Below are positions 11,976 through 24,696 of a stretch of 64,000 nucleotides of DNA, piece by piece. Source of the DNA: Vicugna vicugna (taxonomy: Eukaryota). A program made the translations under genes and the position numbers. Numbering within the stretch: the first letter of the stretch is position 1; every line of letters begins with the position of its first letter. The notes under the pieces are model-generated. The model was given only the letters and a program-made list of their open reading frames with translations. It had not been told where the DNA came from and did not search any database. Location of the stretch: NCBI GenBank assembly GCA_013265495.1, contig MU058198.1, positions 186,001 through 250,000 of the forward strand, written 5' to 3'.

Positions 11976-12429
11976 GGACTTAAACTCCAGGAGTTGTGCC
12001 TTTCACCACTAGGTTCACTGCCTCTCTCTTCAGCCATCTAGTCCTCTAGCAAAGCATGGACGCCAGCGGTGAGTCCTGGACCTCCAGAGGGAGGTCAGAC
12101 TGGGAGATTGTATTGGGTTCAAATGCTATGGAGCATTTTTACTTCCAAGAAGCCTGAGTGATATTTCACCCCCCCAGCCCTGGTGCTAGAGGCAGTCAGT
12201 TCCCAGGGTAGCCACGCCCCATGTTCGAGTACCTTGATGCCTTCACCTGGCTGTGGACTCTGGAGCAGCTGTGGGAATTCCAGGTGAGAGCTCCACTCTT
12301 AAGGGTACGCACGAAGCACTCACTGCCACTCAGGAACCTTCTGTGCTCATCAGATGATGCCAAACTCAGGGGCCATAGAATAGTTCTTTGTAGTAGATGA
12401 TCTCAAATTACACAGGAATAATTATCTTT

Positions 12430-12715
12430 TAATTTTTAAATTGAGGTACAGTCAATTACAATGTGTCTTTCTGGTGTACAGCACAATATCCCAGTCATAT
12501 ATATATATATATATTCATTTTCATATTTTTTCATTAGAGATTATTTATAAGATATTGAACATAGTTCTCTGTGCTATACAGAAGAAAGTTTTTAAAAATC
12601 TATTTTTGTATATAGTGGCTAACAGTTGCAAATCTCAAACTCCCATATTTATCCCTTCCCACCCCCTTTCCCTGGTAACCATAAGATTGTTGACTGTGTC
12701 TGCGAGTCTGTTTCT
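12430..12715 (-). mobile_element. Young lineage-specific L1 3' end
   Basis: TTGAGGTACAGTCAATTACAATGTGTC...TTTCTGGTGTACAGCA motif shared with copies at ~20.0, 21.9, 25.7 and 44.6 kb. Confidence 0.75.
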
Positions 12716-12799
12716 ACACAGGACTAATTCTTCACTGAAGAGGCTGGGTTTTACAGTCAGAAGTGCAGATATGGCAGAAACTCTAGGTCACTTCAAGCT

Positions 12800-14010
12800 T
12801 CGGGTAAGTCCTTGTTGGTGACAGTTGCATAGCTGGAACCCTGAACACTTTGCCATGATTGGAGAGTCCCCCGCTGCTTTCTAGGGACCTGGGAGGCAAG
12901 GGAATGAGTAAGCCCCAAACAAGGATGTTGGCCCACAGCCAGGTGCTTCAGCAGATTTCTCAGCGGTTGTCGCGTGGCTGAGTCTGCCTTCCAGGGAGGC
13001 TCACACACACGACTGTGGGCTGGACGACTTGGTTTCTCACTACAGGGTCCTTCCCAAAGCGCTCTTTGAGTGTCCTCACAACATAAGAGCTGACCTTCCT
13101 TCAGCAAAATTCAAGACAAAGCAAGGAGGAAGGCACCTAGATTGGGAGTCCCACACTGCCATTCCCCCACCATCTTATTGGTTCCTTAGCCCTGCTCAAG
13201 GCAAGCACCAGGAGATGACACTCACTGGGGACTTCTTGGAGACTGGCCACCACAGCCACATTCCAGGGGAGAAGTTGAGTCTGGTAGAAAACATAGCACA
13301 TCTAGGGGCAGATGTGGCAGGAGTTGTGGGTGGAAAAGCAGTTTGGGGCTAGGGTTCTGAGACCCACATAAGTCAAGTGTAAGAGTTTTAAATGGGAACT
13401 AACCAATATTATTACAAGGATGTGATGCGATCAGTTTGCGTCTTAGGATGCTGGTGCTCCTGGAATATCTCCAGAAGATGGAGAGAGAGGTGAGGGACCA
13501 AAGGCAGCAGATCCCTTTGGAAACTACTGCGATAATGTAAATGGAGAGACCATGAGATGGTTAGGAGACAGATAGGCTGCCATAACAAAGAGACCTTAGA
13601 ATAAGATGTTTGTTTCTCTCTCACATAAGAGTCCATGTTGGAGGTCTAGGGCTGGGATTGTGGAATGAGAGGGTTGGGGACCCAGGCTTCTTGCATCTTC
13701 TTGTTTCACATTCTCAACACACAGCTTCGACCTTAGGAGCCAAGATGGCTGCTCCAGCTCCTGCCAGCATGCCTACATTCCAGCCAGAGAGAAGAGGGAA
13801 ATGGGACCATGGAGGACAAGTTCCTGGTCTCTAAGAGCACAACTTGGAAATGGCTCATTCCTTCTGCTCACATTTCATAGGTCAGAACCTAGTCACATGA
13901 CCAGGCTTGCTGCAAAGGAGGCTGGGAAATGTAGTCTTTATTTTTGTTGGCCATGTCTTCAGGAAGGAAGAAGGTGTAATTAGTCATGAGGGACAACCAG
14001 CCCTCTCCAT
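12800..14010. mobile_element. Cluster of MLT1-type LTR fragments
   Basis: TGAGTGTCCTCACAACATAAGAGCTGACCTTCC; CAAGATGGCTGCTCCAGCTCC; AGTCACATGACCAGGCTTGCTGCAAAGGAGGCTGGGAAATGTAGTC. Confidence 0.6.
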
Positions 14011-15018
14011 CAGGAGTGACAATGGTGAGGGAGACAAGGAGCCAGAATCAAGTGCTCTTTCTGCAGGAGATAAAGCAGGAGCTGGTGATTGAATGAGTGA
14101 TGGGGATGAGGGGAAGGGAAGCATCTCACGTGACAGTGAGGTTTCTTACGTGCTATCGTTAAAGAAGACCCCTCACCTGGGGGTCTGGAACACACACTCC
14201 CCCTCAGTCCCTGAAAAATGCTTCTCCTTCCTTGGAAACGTGAACCCTCTGCTGATGCCACTCTTCTCCCCGGCTCGCTCAGGCTGCTCTCCACCCCCAA
14301 ATGTACTGCCAGCTGCTGTTTACTTAGGAAATGAACACTAATTTTAGTGTTAGCTTCAGCACAGCCTAATCTCGAAGCAAATCAGCTGCTGCCATCGCAC
14401 GAGTTCAAGGGATTTCAGAGTCAAATAGAAATGACTTCTGACTTCCAGGCTGTGAAGGTAACTGTGCCATAGCACAGCTCCACTACGGAGATAAAAATAC
14501 CCCCCACCCCTGAATTCTGAAAATACCATGTTCATTATATTTGCTTTTGCCTCCACCTGGGATGCTCTTCTTTTAAGGTCTCTGCTCAACAGTCGCCTTG
14601 TCGGTGACAGGTGGTGACCACGCTGTGTAAACCAGCACCACACTCCACTCTGCTCATAGTCACCACCCCCTTTACCACTCTCGTGGTCATCACCGCACCT
14701 GTCACTTTCTGACAAATGGTATATTTACCTGTCAAAGAGTTTACCGTATCTCTTCACCCCTTTCATGAATTAGAAGCTCCACGAGGACAGTGGCTTGTGC
14801 CTTCGGGTCACTGCTGTGTCTCTCCAGTGCCCGGAACAGTGGAATATCTTGACATCTATTTGCATAACGGGCATTGCCAGCAAGAGTGGAAAGCGGACCC
14901 CTCAAGCATACTCCTGGTGGCAATGTTATTCAAAACCAGTTTCCTGGAAAACAATTTGCCTTGCCTGGCTACATGTTTGTTCTAAGGATATCGTCAACAG
15001 TGTAGACAAATATTTAGA

Positions 15019-15235
15019 ACAGGGATCAGCAAGTCTTTCTGTAAGGAAGCAGATCATAAATATTCGACGCTTTGTGGGACGTATGGCCTCCGTGGCAACT
15101 ACTCAGCTCTGCTGTGAGAGCAGCCAAAGACAATATGCAAATGAATGGGTGTGGCTATGTGCCAATAAAACTTTATTTACAAACACAGGCTGGAGGGCTG
15201 GATTTGGCCCATAAGGCTGTGTAGTTGGCTGATTT
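15019..15235. mobile_element. MER58A-like hAT MITE
   Basis: CAGGGATCAGCAAGTCTTTCTGTAAGG...CAACTACTCAGCTCTGCTG...CCAATAAAACTTTATTTAC...GGATTTGGCCC. Confidence 0.8.
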
Positions 15236-15880
15236 AGATTTAAAACAAAATGCCACTCGTAATGGCATATACTGAGAATAGTCTAAATGTTCAACAACTG
15301 GAAATTACTTAAATTATGCTACATCAATAAGATGAAAATGATGTAGCCATTCAAAATGATGTTTTTGAAGAAATAATGATGGGTTAGAGCATAATCATGA
15401 ACTGAGAGTCAGGTTAGTCATTAATTAAGAGCTTGAATTTCTGAGTCAAAGAAATCTAAGCTGGATGCCAAACTCGGGCACTTGCTGGCTGTTTGACCGT
15501 GGGCAAATTACTTAACTTCTTGTAAATTTTAGTCTTTTCTTTTGAAAAAATGAGACCAAAAAACGACCTATCTTGTAAGGTTGTTGAGAGATAAGTAGCA
15601 TATTGCTCAGCCTATAATGAGTGCTTAGCAAATAATTGTTCTCAAGTGGGGAAATTAAAAATGGATTTCTTTTTATAGTTTCACTGATTGCCCAAGCTGG
15701 AAGGTAAGGTGCAGGGGCAAGCCCCTCAAAGTAGTGCTCAGTAAAGGTGTCCCAGCTTCAGATTCCACAAGGCTGGGGAAGGACCACGATTGGCTCAGCT
15801 GAGTCATATGACCACGCCTTGACCCAGTCAATGTATCAGAAAGTCACGTGTTGGGGACTGGCTCAGACTTGCTCAGGCGC

Positions 15881-15910
15881 CTGCAGTGCAACCTGGCCAC
15901 TGGGTGGCGC
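15881..15910 (+). promoter_or_regulatory. Candidate CTCF site with upstream module
   Basis: CTGCAGT-GCAACC-TGGCCACTGGGTGGCGC: core has one mismatch to CCASYAGRKGGCRS and is preceded by a CTGCAGT upstream-motif-like element. Confidence 0.5.
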
Positions 15911-16857
15911 TTTTCCACAGCACCCACGTGTGGCAGGTGGGTCCCTGCCCTGGTGGAGCTTACAGTCTAGTGGTCTTGGGTAACTTGCTAGAATTTGTCA
16001 TGCAATAAGGTAGAGAAAGTTCCAAAATATGTATCCTGGAGCTCAGTTCCTGTTACGGCCTTATATTCCAGCCTGTGCTTAAGTTATGGTTACTGTTTCA
16101 ATCCTCTTGGGTCCTTAGAATATATATAATGCAGTAATTTACAATATATATGATGCAGTGATGCAGTGAGTGGTAGAGGGTGAGTATCTTCATGCACTTT
16201 TCCAGTAATGAGCGACTGTGATTCCGAAGGTCTAATTTTTCTCTTGCTTTGCTCTCGCTCCACTTCCGCTACATAAAACTCCATTCTGCTTTGTACCCTC
16301 TCTCTCGTACCTCTCTGCCTCCTCAAAATGCTCTAGAACTTTCTCCAGTTAGAACTACCTTCCCAACCTAATGATTTCCACCTGACATCTTTGCTTAACT
16401 CAGATTTTTACTCTTAGTGCATTTAAAATCACGTTCAATTTTCAAAGTTCCCTTTACACCTAACTCTCTCCACACCAATCTATGGTGTCCATAATTCATC
16501 TGTGCATCAGGAATCTTATTGGATCTTATTTAAATGGCCATACTACCCAATCCCTATCATCTTGGGATACACCACATGCTGTTTAATAGTTCAGTTATCG
16601 TAATTAAAATTGTTGATGCCATTGACAACATTTAAAAAACTTGTTTAAATGCTCAAAAGGGCCAAAGGACATCTCAGTAAGCTTCCTTCAAAGGTAAAAT
16701 AAAACAGGCCTAGGTATTTTTTTAAAAAGCCGTTCTTTTTTTTCCCCCCTTGAAAATGCCTTTAGTGTATATTTTCTTCACTCTCTAAGTAAGTGTTGTA
16801 AATCGTCCAGAGACTCTATAGCACGGTTTTAAACATGAACATGGTTCAGTTAAGAGA

Positions 16858-17370
16858 ACAGCATGCTCCCCCAGTGTTCATAGCAGCCCTGTATACAATA
16901 GCTAAGACGTGGAAACAACCTTAATGTCCATTGACACATGACTGGATAAAGAAGTTGTGGTATATTTATACAGTGGAATACTACTTAGCCATAAAAATAA
17001 TAAAATAATGCTATTTGCAGCACCATGGATGGACCTGGAGATTGTCATACTAAGTGAAGTAAGCCAGAAAGAGAAAGAAAAACACCATACAATATGGCTT
17101 ATATGTGGAATTGAAAAAAAGGCCACAAATGAACTTATGTACAAAACAGAAGCAGACTTACAGACATAGAGAACAAACTTATGGCTACCAGGGGGTAAAG
17201 AGGGTGGGAAGGGATAAATTGGGAGTTCAAAATTTGCACCTCTTCGAGAGTGATGGAAAAGTTTCATAGGTGTATACATCTATCAAAATTTATCAAATTG
17301 TTCACCTGAAATATGTATAGTTTACTGTACAGAAATTATACCAAAATAAAGTTGTTTTAATTTAAAAAAA
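16858..17370 (+). mobile_element. L1 3' fragments (young ORF2-end/3' UTR followed by an older L1 tail)
   Basis: ATGGATGGACCTGGAGATTGTCATACTAAGTGAAGTAAGCCAGAAAGAGAAAG L1 motif. Confidence 0.75.
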
Positions 17371-17702
17371 ACTTATTGGCTGTTAGTAGAAAATACAGAT
17401 TTTTCTGGGCCCAACCCCAGGCCTATGGACTCAAATCTCTGGGAGTGAGTTTTTTGGTAAAGATTATTCTAACAAGATTTTCACAGGGGATTTAATGACT
17501 AGCTAGTTTGGGAAATTACTTGTCACTGTGGAATTCATTACACTTGTAATTTTACATTAATTATATGTGGATGAATGTCTGTCTCCTCTGCAAGATCCTG
17601 AGTCTTACGCACGTAAGACTGTGCCCAAAACACACTGCGTGTTTGTTGAAAACATGAAAAGCTGCCTGCAACGGGATGTAATGATGAGGTTCTCTCCATC
17701 AA

Positions 17703-17716
17703 CCAGCAGGTGGCGC
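17703..17716 (+). promoter_or_regulatory. Candidate CTCF site
   Basis: CCAGCAGGTGGCGC is a perfect match to the CCASYAGRKGGCRS core. Confidence 0.6.
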
Positions 17717-18173
17717 AAGAGGCCAGGCCACAGTTGAGAATTAAAAACCTGTGTTCCCATTCATTTAGGTCATGAGTGGGTTTCCCATTTTTAAAAATTG
17801 TTTTTTAACGAACAATTACACAAATTTATGGAATAATTTCTGTTCACAGCACGTTAAAAGTTAAATGAATTTCTCTAGAAGGGGAATGATTTTCTTTCCT
17901 CTGACAATCTCATCTATTAAGTATTTTTGAAAAGTACTTGATATATTTAAAAAACAAATATATGGGGGTACTGCCTGCACCCTCCTAGGCCTCTGTTCTT
18001 CCTTCTGTAAAATGGAGCAGAAGTTATCTTTTCCAAAGTTCCCTTCTAGGCATATGCAAAGATCCTGGGTGGGTTGAGGGGCTTGAAAAGTTCTGATTCT
18101 TGATCTGGGCACTGGTTATATAGCTGTGCTCAGGTTGTGTGAATGTGTAAAGCTGTATAGTTACAAAAGTTCA

Positions 18174-18286
18174 GGGCAAGGGTATAGCTCAGTGGTAGAG
18201 TGCATACTTAGCATCCATGAGGTCCTTAGTTCAATTCCCAGTACCTCTATTTAAATAAAAGAATAAACTTCATTACCTCCCCTCCT

Positions 18287-18328
<42 letters not shown>
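18174..18328 (+). mobile_element. Camelid tRNA-derived SINE (Vic-1-like) with a 41-nt poly(A)
   Basis: A box TAGCTCAGTGG, B box GTTCAATTCC, tail ATAAAC...ATTACCTCCCC; A run 18288-18328. Confidence 0.85.
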
Positions 18329-18333
<5 letters not shown>

Positions 18334-18394
18334 TTTCATGTGTGTATGTTATGCTTCAAAAAAGTTTAAAAAAAAAAAGCAAAGCCAATAAAGG

Positions 18395-19535
18395 CTCACT
18401 ATTAATTTCCTATCACCATCTTAACAAATTATCACAAATTTAGTGGCTTAAAACAACACAAATTTATGGTACAGTTGCTATGGAAAATAGTATGTAGGTT
18501 CCTCAAAAAATTATAAATAGAATTGCCATATGATCCAGCAATCCCAGTTCTGGGTATATATTTAAGAAAAAATAATTGAAAACAGGATCTTGGAGAGATA
18601 TTTGCACACCGATGCTCATTGCAGCATTATTCACAACAGCCAAGAGGAGGAAGCAACTTAAATGTGGATAAACCGATGAATGGATAAACAAAACGTGGTC
18701 GCTATAAGCAGTGGAATATTACTCAGCCTTAAAAAGGAAGGAAATCCTGTCATATACTACAACATGGAGGAACCTTGGGAACATTATGCAAAATGAAGTG
18801 AGCCAATCACAGAAGGACAGACAGTGCATGCTTCCATTTACATGAGGTATCAAAAGGAGTCAAATTCTTAGAAACAGAAAGTAGAATGTGATTGACAGGG
18901 GCTGGGGGAGGGGGCATGGGGAATTGTTCAGTGGGTATAAAATTTCAGTTTCATTCTATGAAAACAGAGTGCATAGGGTTAATACAGCTTCCCTGTATAC
19001 TGAAAAATGATTAAGATGGTATAGTTTGTGTAATGTGTTTTTTATTGCAATAATAATAATAATAATAATAACCACCTCACAAATTTACTGTCTTACAGGT
19101 TTGTAAGTCAGAAGTCTGAAATGGGTCTTCCTGGGCTAAAATCAAAGTGTCTGCAGGGCTGCATCCCTTTCTGGGAGTCCTAGACAAGATTCAGTTTCCT
19201 GCTCATGCGAGTTGGCAGAATTTAGTTCCTTGCGATTATAGGACCAAAGTCCCAGTTTTCTTGTTGGCGGTCAGCTGAGGGTGCTTCTGGCTGCTTGGCT
19301 CCCTTCCTCCATCTTCACACCAGCGATAGTGAACTGAGCCTTTCTCCTGTGGAGCCTCTCTGATCCACCTCCCTCTTCCATTTTTAAGGACTCATGTATT
19401 AGATTGGGCCCACAGGAAAACTCTCCCCATTTCAAGACCATAACTTAAGTCCCTTTTGCCATGTAAGCTAACATATTACAAGTTCTGGGAAATTAGGATG
19501 TGGACATCTCTGGGTGGCCATTATTCTGCCCACCA
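18395..19535. mobile_element. MLT1-type LTR (minus) split by an L1MA-type 3' fragment (plus, ~18468-19077)
   Basis: LTR motif TAGTGGCTTAAAACAACACAAATTTA resumes as CACAAATTTACTGTCTTACAG after the L1; CACAAATTTA is duplicated on both sides of the L1. Confidence 0.75.
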
Positions 19536-19988
19536 CAGCCCCTCTCCAGCCCTCACCTGATCATTCAAATTTATTGGCACATGATGGCAGGAGAGAAGAT
19601 AATCATGTGAGAATGGATGCCAGTATTGATCCTAATACGGACATAAGAGCTCAATTTTACTGAGTCTTTATTATACGCCAGACACGTTTGAAGCACATCA
19701 GAGGTCTTATATAATTCTTCTAGGGGGTAAATGTCATTACTTCACAGCCAAGGAAACAGAAGCTTAGAGAGGTTAATTAATCTGTTTAATGTCACAATGT
19801 CACAAATAATGGATTTGCTATAAATTTGGGATTTACATTCATACAGTCTGCATATTTAATCAGATGGATTTACTGCCTCTTTAATAAATGTAATAATATT
19901 GATGACAAAATATTAATTAAAAGATGATTACACTTGTACATTTCAAAGAAATATCAGTAAGCAGTGAGTTTAAAAAAGTGGGGAATTA

Positions 19989-20010
19989 AAAATATGAAAG
20001 TGAACATGTG

Positions 20011-20044
<34 letters not shown>

Positions 20045-20123
20045 CACACATACACATGACTGGGACATTGTCCTGTACACACGAAATTGACACATTGTAA
20101 CTGACTATACTTCAATTTTTTTT
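19989..20123 (+). mobile_element. Very short 5'-truncated L1 with a 16-bp TSD
   Basis: AAAAAGTGGGGAATTA at 19973-19988 and 20124-20139 flanks an L1 3' terminus (TTGACACATTGTAACTGACTATACTTCAA). Confidence 0.8.
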
Positions 20124-21919
20124 AAAAAGTGGGGAATTAGGTATAGAACATTTATTTTATGATCAAATACATTGGGGCTCAGAGGGAAGGCAGTTATGTG
20201 TCCAAGGTCACACAGACAAATAAGATTTTAGAATCTTAGTCTTTTCAGACTAGAAGGGTCTTGAACTGATAATCTTTCTCATCTCTCTGCATTTGGGTAG
20301 GACCTTATATAGCCCAGTTTACAGAGAAAATCTAGCTTTGGGGGTGTATGTGGTTGTGATGGGAGCCTGATTATTAACTCAGTTTCCTAATTACATGTAA
20401 AAGGAAGTATTCTTTCAATTCCTTCTTGCATTCAGAAGACCTGTCTGCAGAAGACCACATTTGCCCTCCTGCAGCCTGAGACCTGATACCCTGTGTTCAG
20501 CCTTCTCCATGTGACTCCAGAGTAAATCCTGATTGGTCTAAGCTCATGATGATGGTCTGGGCTTAGCAATGGCCATGCGGTCCTCATCTGGCGAATGGGA
20601 CATGACGGGAGTCTGCTGGGGGCTCCTGGGAAATGTTCTTTGTTCTTCAAAAGAGATGTATGAGAAGAAAAAGTCCTATTCCTCCCCTCTGGGCACTGTC
20701 CTGCTCACCCACAATACTTGAAACTGAGGTCAACCAAAGGAGGGGACCCTAGGGTGGCAGAGCAGGAAGACAGAAGGACTCAGTGACTTTCTTGAACCAC
20801 TGAACTGGGCCTGGAAGCTTTCTGCTGCCCACATTCTTACATTTAAGCCACTGGCAGCTGGGTTTTCTGTTACTTGCCGATGGAACATCCCAAATGACTC
20901 ACACATTCACTTTTCAGTCTCTGTTTTTCCCATTGGTTGTAGTTTATCCCAAGAGCAGAAATGGCACTGACAGCTTAGACTGATTCTCTGATTCTCACCG
21001 TGCAGTGCTCCGGGGTGTCTCTACACAGCATGGAATGGAGTGTTTGTTGAACATCTACCTTGTGCCCAGTACTGTGCATACCTTAAGGCTCAGAGAAATG
21101 CAGTGTTTGCTAAGGGTCACAAAGCTAGTAAATGTCTGCGCTGTACACCACTACCTTTTTTTTTTTTTTTTTTTTTTTTTTTGCCCAGGGAAGCTGCCTC
21201 CACCTGTTCCAAATGCAGGAAGGGGTCCATTTAGTAAAAGACAGCAATAAGACTGGCTTACCACGTGCCAGATTTGGTTCTCAGCTCTACCCTATTAAGT
21301 CGTAGAAAATGTGTCTGTGGTAGTGCTCTTCTTAAAGTCCCCATTTTACAGATAGGAAAACTGACACACAAAGCACTTCAATAACTTGGCTGGGCTCGCG
21401 TTCACATCTAGACTTCAGACTCCCTCCATATAACCTCATCAGCAGACGGGAACTGGCAACTGCTGAGAAAACGTGGATCTGGGGCTTTGGGTGCAGTGGT
21501 TAGTGAAAAACAAACAACAAGAAAACAAAACGAACTTTTTCTAGATTAAATAGAGAGGTATTTAAAAGGAAGTTGTCCTGTAGTTCCCCAGAGGCAATCA
21601 CTCATCAGTTTCTTGGGAATTGAGGAATTTTTTTAAACCAAAGCCATGCCCAGAGTATTGGTCTGAGAAGAAAGAGGGAAGCAAAAGGAGGAATGGGATA
21701 CTTTTCATGAGAAAAGCGGCAGGAGCTGGACAGCTGGTGGAAGATCGTCTGTTTTCTCTTCTGCACCTGCTAGGTTTTTTCCTACAAGTATGTGTTACTT
21801 GTTTAAGTAAATATCTAACCGTTTTTTTCAGATAAGAGTAAGTTCCAAAGTAATTAGATTAATTCATAGAACACTCAGTTATTCCCTTAGTTTGAATTTT
21901 TTTTTTTTAGTTTTATGTG

Positions 21920-22080
21920 TTCTTTTTAAAAAAATTTTATTGAAGTACAGTCAATTACAATGTATCAGTTTCTGGTGTACAGCACTATGTCCCAGTCATG
22001 TGTATACATACATACATTCATTTTCACATTCTTTTTCATTAAAGGTTATTACAAGATATTGAACATAGTTCCCTGTGCTG
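21920..22080 (-). mobile_element. Young L1 3' end
   Basis: TTGAAGTACAGTCAATTACAATG...CAAGATATTGAACATAGTTCCCTGTGCT. Confidence 0.75.
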
Positions 22081-22553
22081 GATTTTTGAAAGCAGCTGTC
22101 TCAAGATATAATCTCTATACCATGAAGTTCACTCATTTAGACTAAATAATTCAATGGTTATATTTTATAGTTGGTTGGTTCAAATCTGGGTGTAAACAAG
22201 ATCTACACATTGCACTGGTTTGTTATGCCTCTCAAATCCCTGTCCCTTCTTCTTTCTCTTTTTTATTGTAAATGAAACAGATAGGGAAAGCCACACACAA
22301 ATGAGTAGCTTAGTGAATTACTATAAGGCAAACTTTTGACATCAGATCCGATGCCTTCAAACCTGTTATATCACCATATTGCACATTAAGCTTCAATTCT
22401 CACAGAATTACAATGCTTTCTCCCACTCTCCCAATTTCTTGACTACTTTTTCTAGCAATTCAGACAAATGTATAAATTTTCCAAGAAAGACTCAGAAGGA
22501 ATTCCTGCATGGAAATACTACTGTCCAGCGGGTTTTTGAATGAAGCCCAGGCA

Positions 22554-22732
22554 TAGGGTTGCCAGATAAAATACAGGATGCCCTGTTCAACCCAAATTCC
22601 AGATAAGCAACAATCTTCTGGCACAACCATGTCCCAAATAGTGCAGGGGATATACTAAAAACTATTCGTTGTATATTTGAAATTCAAACTTAACTGCCTG
22701 TCTTACATTTTATGCTTAAGCTGGCAACCCTA
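22554..22732. mobile_element. MER53 palindromic hAT MITE
   Basis: TIRs TAGGGTTGCCAG ... CTGGCAACCCTA; flanking duplication CCAGGCA (22547-22553 / 22733-22739). Confidence 0.85.
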
Positions 22733-22857
22733 CCAGGCAACCAATCAGACTAGAATCCTGGAATATAGAAAAAAACACACCTGGGTAGCTGGTTTCACAC
22801 TGGGCTGCAGAATCCGCTAGCTCCTGGCATTGGCATTATCTTTAAGACTTGGATTCA

Positions 22858-22988
22858 GGAGGCAGGGGGTATAGCTCAGTAGTAGAGCACATGCTTAGCA
22901 TGCATGAAATCCGGGGTTCAATTCCCCAGTACCTCCATTAAAAAATAAATAAACAAACAAACCTAATTACCTCCCCCATCCCCGCAAA
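22858..22988 (+). mobile_element. Vic-1-like SINE with a 14-bp TSD
   Basis: TSD AAGACTTGGATTCA at 22844-22857 and 22989-23002; tRNA-like head. Confidence 0.9.
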
Positions 22989-23129
22989 AAGACTTGGATT
23001 CATCTTTACTCAGTTGTCTGCCTAATTCTCTTATCCATTGCCCCGTCTTCCTTTAAAACTGGATGTTTGCTCTGAATTCCAACGTTAACTTGTCTGTGGC
23101 CCGGAGTCCTATCTCTTTCCATTTTCTTT

Positions 23130-24510
23130 CTTTTTAAAAATTTAATACATTTTTTTAAGAATAGTTTTAAGCTTACAGAGAAATTGCAAAGATAATACAG
23201 AGAGTTCTCATATACCCAAGTCCCCTGTTCTCAATAGCTCACATTAGTACTGTACGTCTGTTTGTCACAATTAATGAACCAATGTTGATGTATTTTTACT
23301 AACTAGAGTCCATACTTTATTCATATGTGCTCAGTTTTTAACCTAAGGTCCTGTTTCTGTTCCAGGATTCCACCCAGAAATGTCGTGTCATATTCAGGCT
23401 TCTCTTGGAGGTGACGAGTTTCTCACACTTTCCTTGTTTTTGATGACCTTAACAGTTTTGAGGAGTCCTGGACAGGTATTTCATAGACCGTCACTGAATT
23501 TGAGTTTGTCTCAAATTTCAGGCGTTTCTCATAATTACACCGTGGTCCTGGGGTTTGGGAGGTAGACCAGGTGGGTGACACCATTCTCATCACATCACAT
23601 CACATCATATCTCATCACGAGTACACAGCATCGCCAGGGTTCTCACTGGGGATGCTCACCTTCATCACCTGGCTGAGTAGGCACTTGTTAGGTTTCTCCA
23701 CTGTAAGGGCGCTCGTCCCCCCCACCCTGCCTTTCCTCCTGTGCTCTTGGGGAGGGAGTCACCCTGTGCAGCTCACACCTGAGGCGTGCCGCATTACACT
23801 CTGTCTCCTCAAGGGCAGAGCATCTGTGTAAATTATTCAGAACTCTCTTGCCTGGGAGAATCCCTCGCCTAGGCTTCCTGTTTATTTCTTTCTTTATGAG
23901 ATCATTTATTTATACCAGTAGGGACTCATGCGTTTTCAAATTTATTTTTTCACTTTGGGTTGTAATATGATACAACTTTATTTTTGATGCTCAAATTACT
24001 CCAGCTTTGGCCATGCGGACCCTTTCGGTTGGCTCCTGTGTCCCTTTGACATGCCCCCTTCATTGTGGTTTTTTGTTCAAGCATTTCCTTACTTTCTGGC
24101 ATTACAAGGTGCTCCAGGCTCATCTTGTATATTTCTTGTCCCTGCCCTAGAATCAGCCATCTCTCCAAGGAGTCTAGTTTCCTTTTATTGGAGAATAGTA
24201 TTAAAACCCTAGTCTGAGAGGTCAAAGTGCTTATTGCTACTAAGGTGTCCTTGCTTCTCAGCCTTCTGAGCAGGCAGTGCAAAGAAAAGTGTCTTTATAC
24301 TAACCTGTTTACATACACATAACAGTAAGTATTTCTATGTGGAACCATCTGAATGTACATTAGGCTAAATATGAGCTCATACAGATGTCTCCAACTCTGA
24401 CCCATCACTACATGGATCACTGTAGGTCCCCCTACTTGCTTATCTATAATCTTCCAATTGGCTTCCATCATTTCCATCCACCTACTTAATGTTCAATTCA
24501 GGTAAACACA
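23130..24510 (-). mobile_element. L1MC-type 3' region
   Basis: TTTAAGCTTACAGAGAAATTGCAAAGATAATACAGAGAGTTC...; GCTCCAGGCTCATCTTGTATATTTCTTGTCCCTGCCCTAGAATCAGCCAT. Confidence 0.75.
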
Positions 24511-24596
24511 TAGTGATGTGCTTTGTTCTGACCAGTGATTTGACTTATAGGCATTTATCCTATTGAAAAATTCCCTCAAGGATATAAAGATACATG

Positions 24597-24657
24597 TAGC
24601 CAAGACATGGAAACAACCCAAATATCCATCAACAGATGACTAGATAAAGAAGTTGTG

Positions 24658-24696
<39 letters not shown>

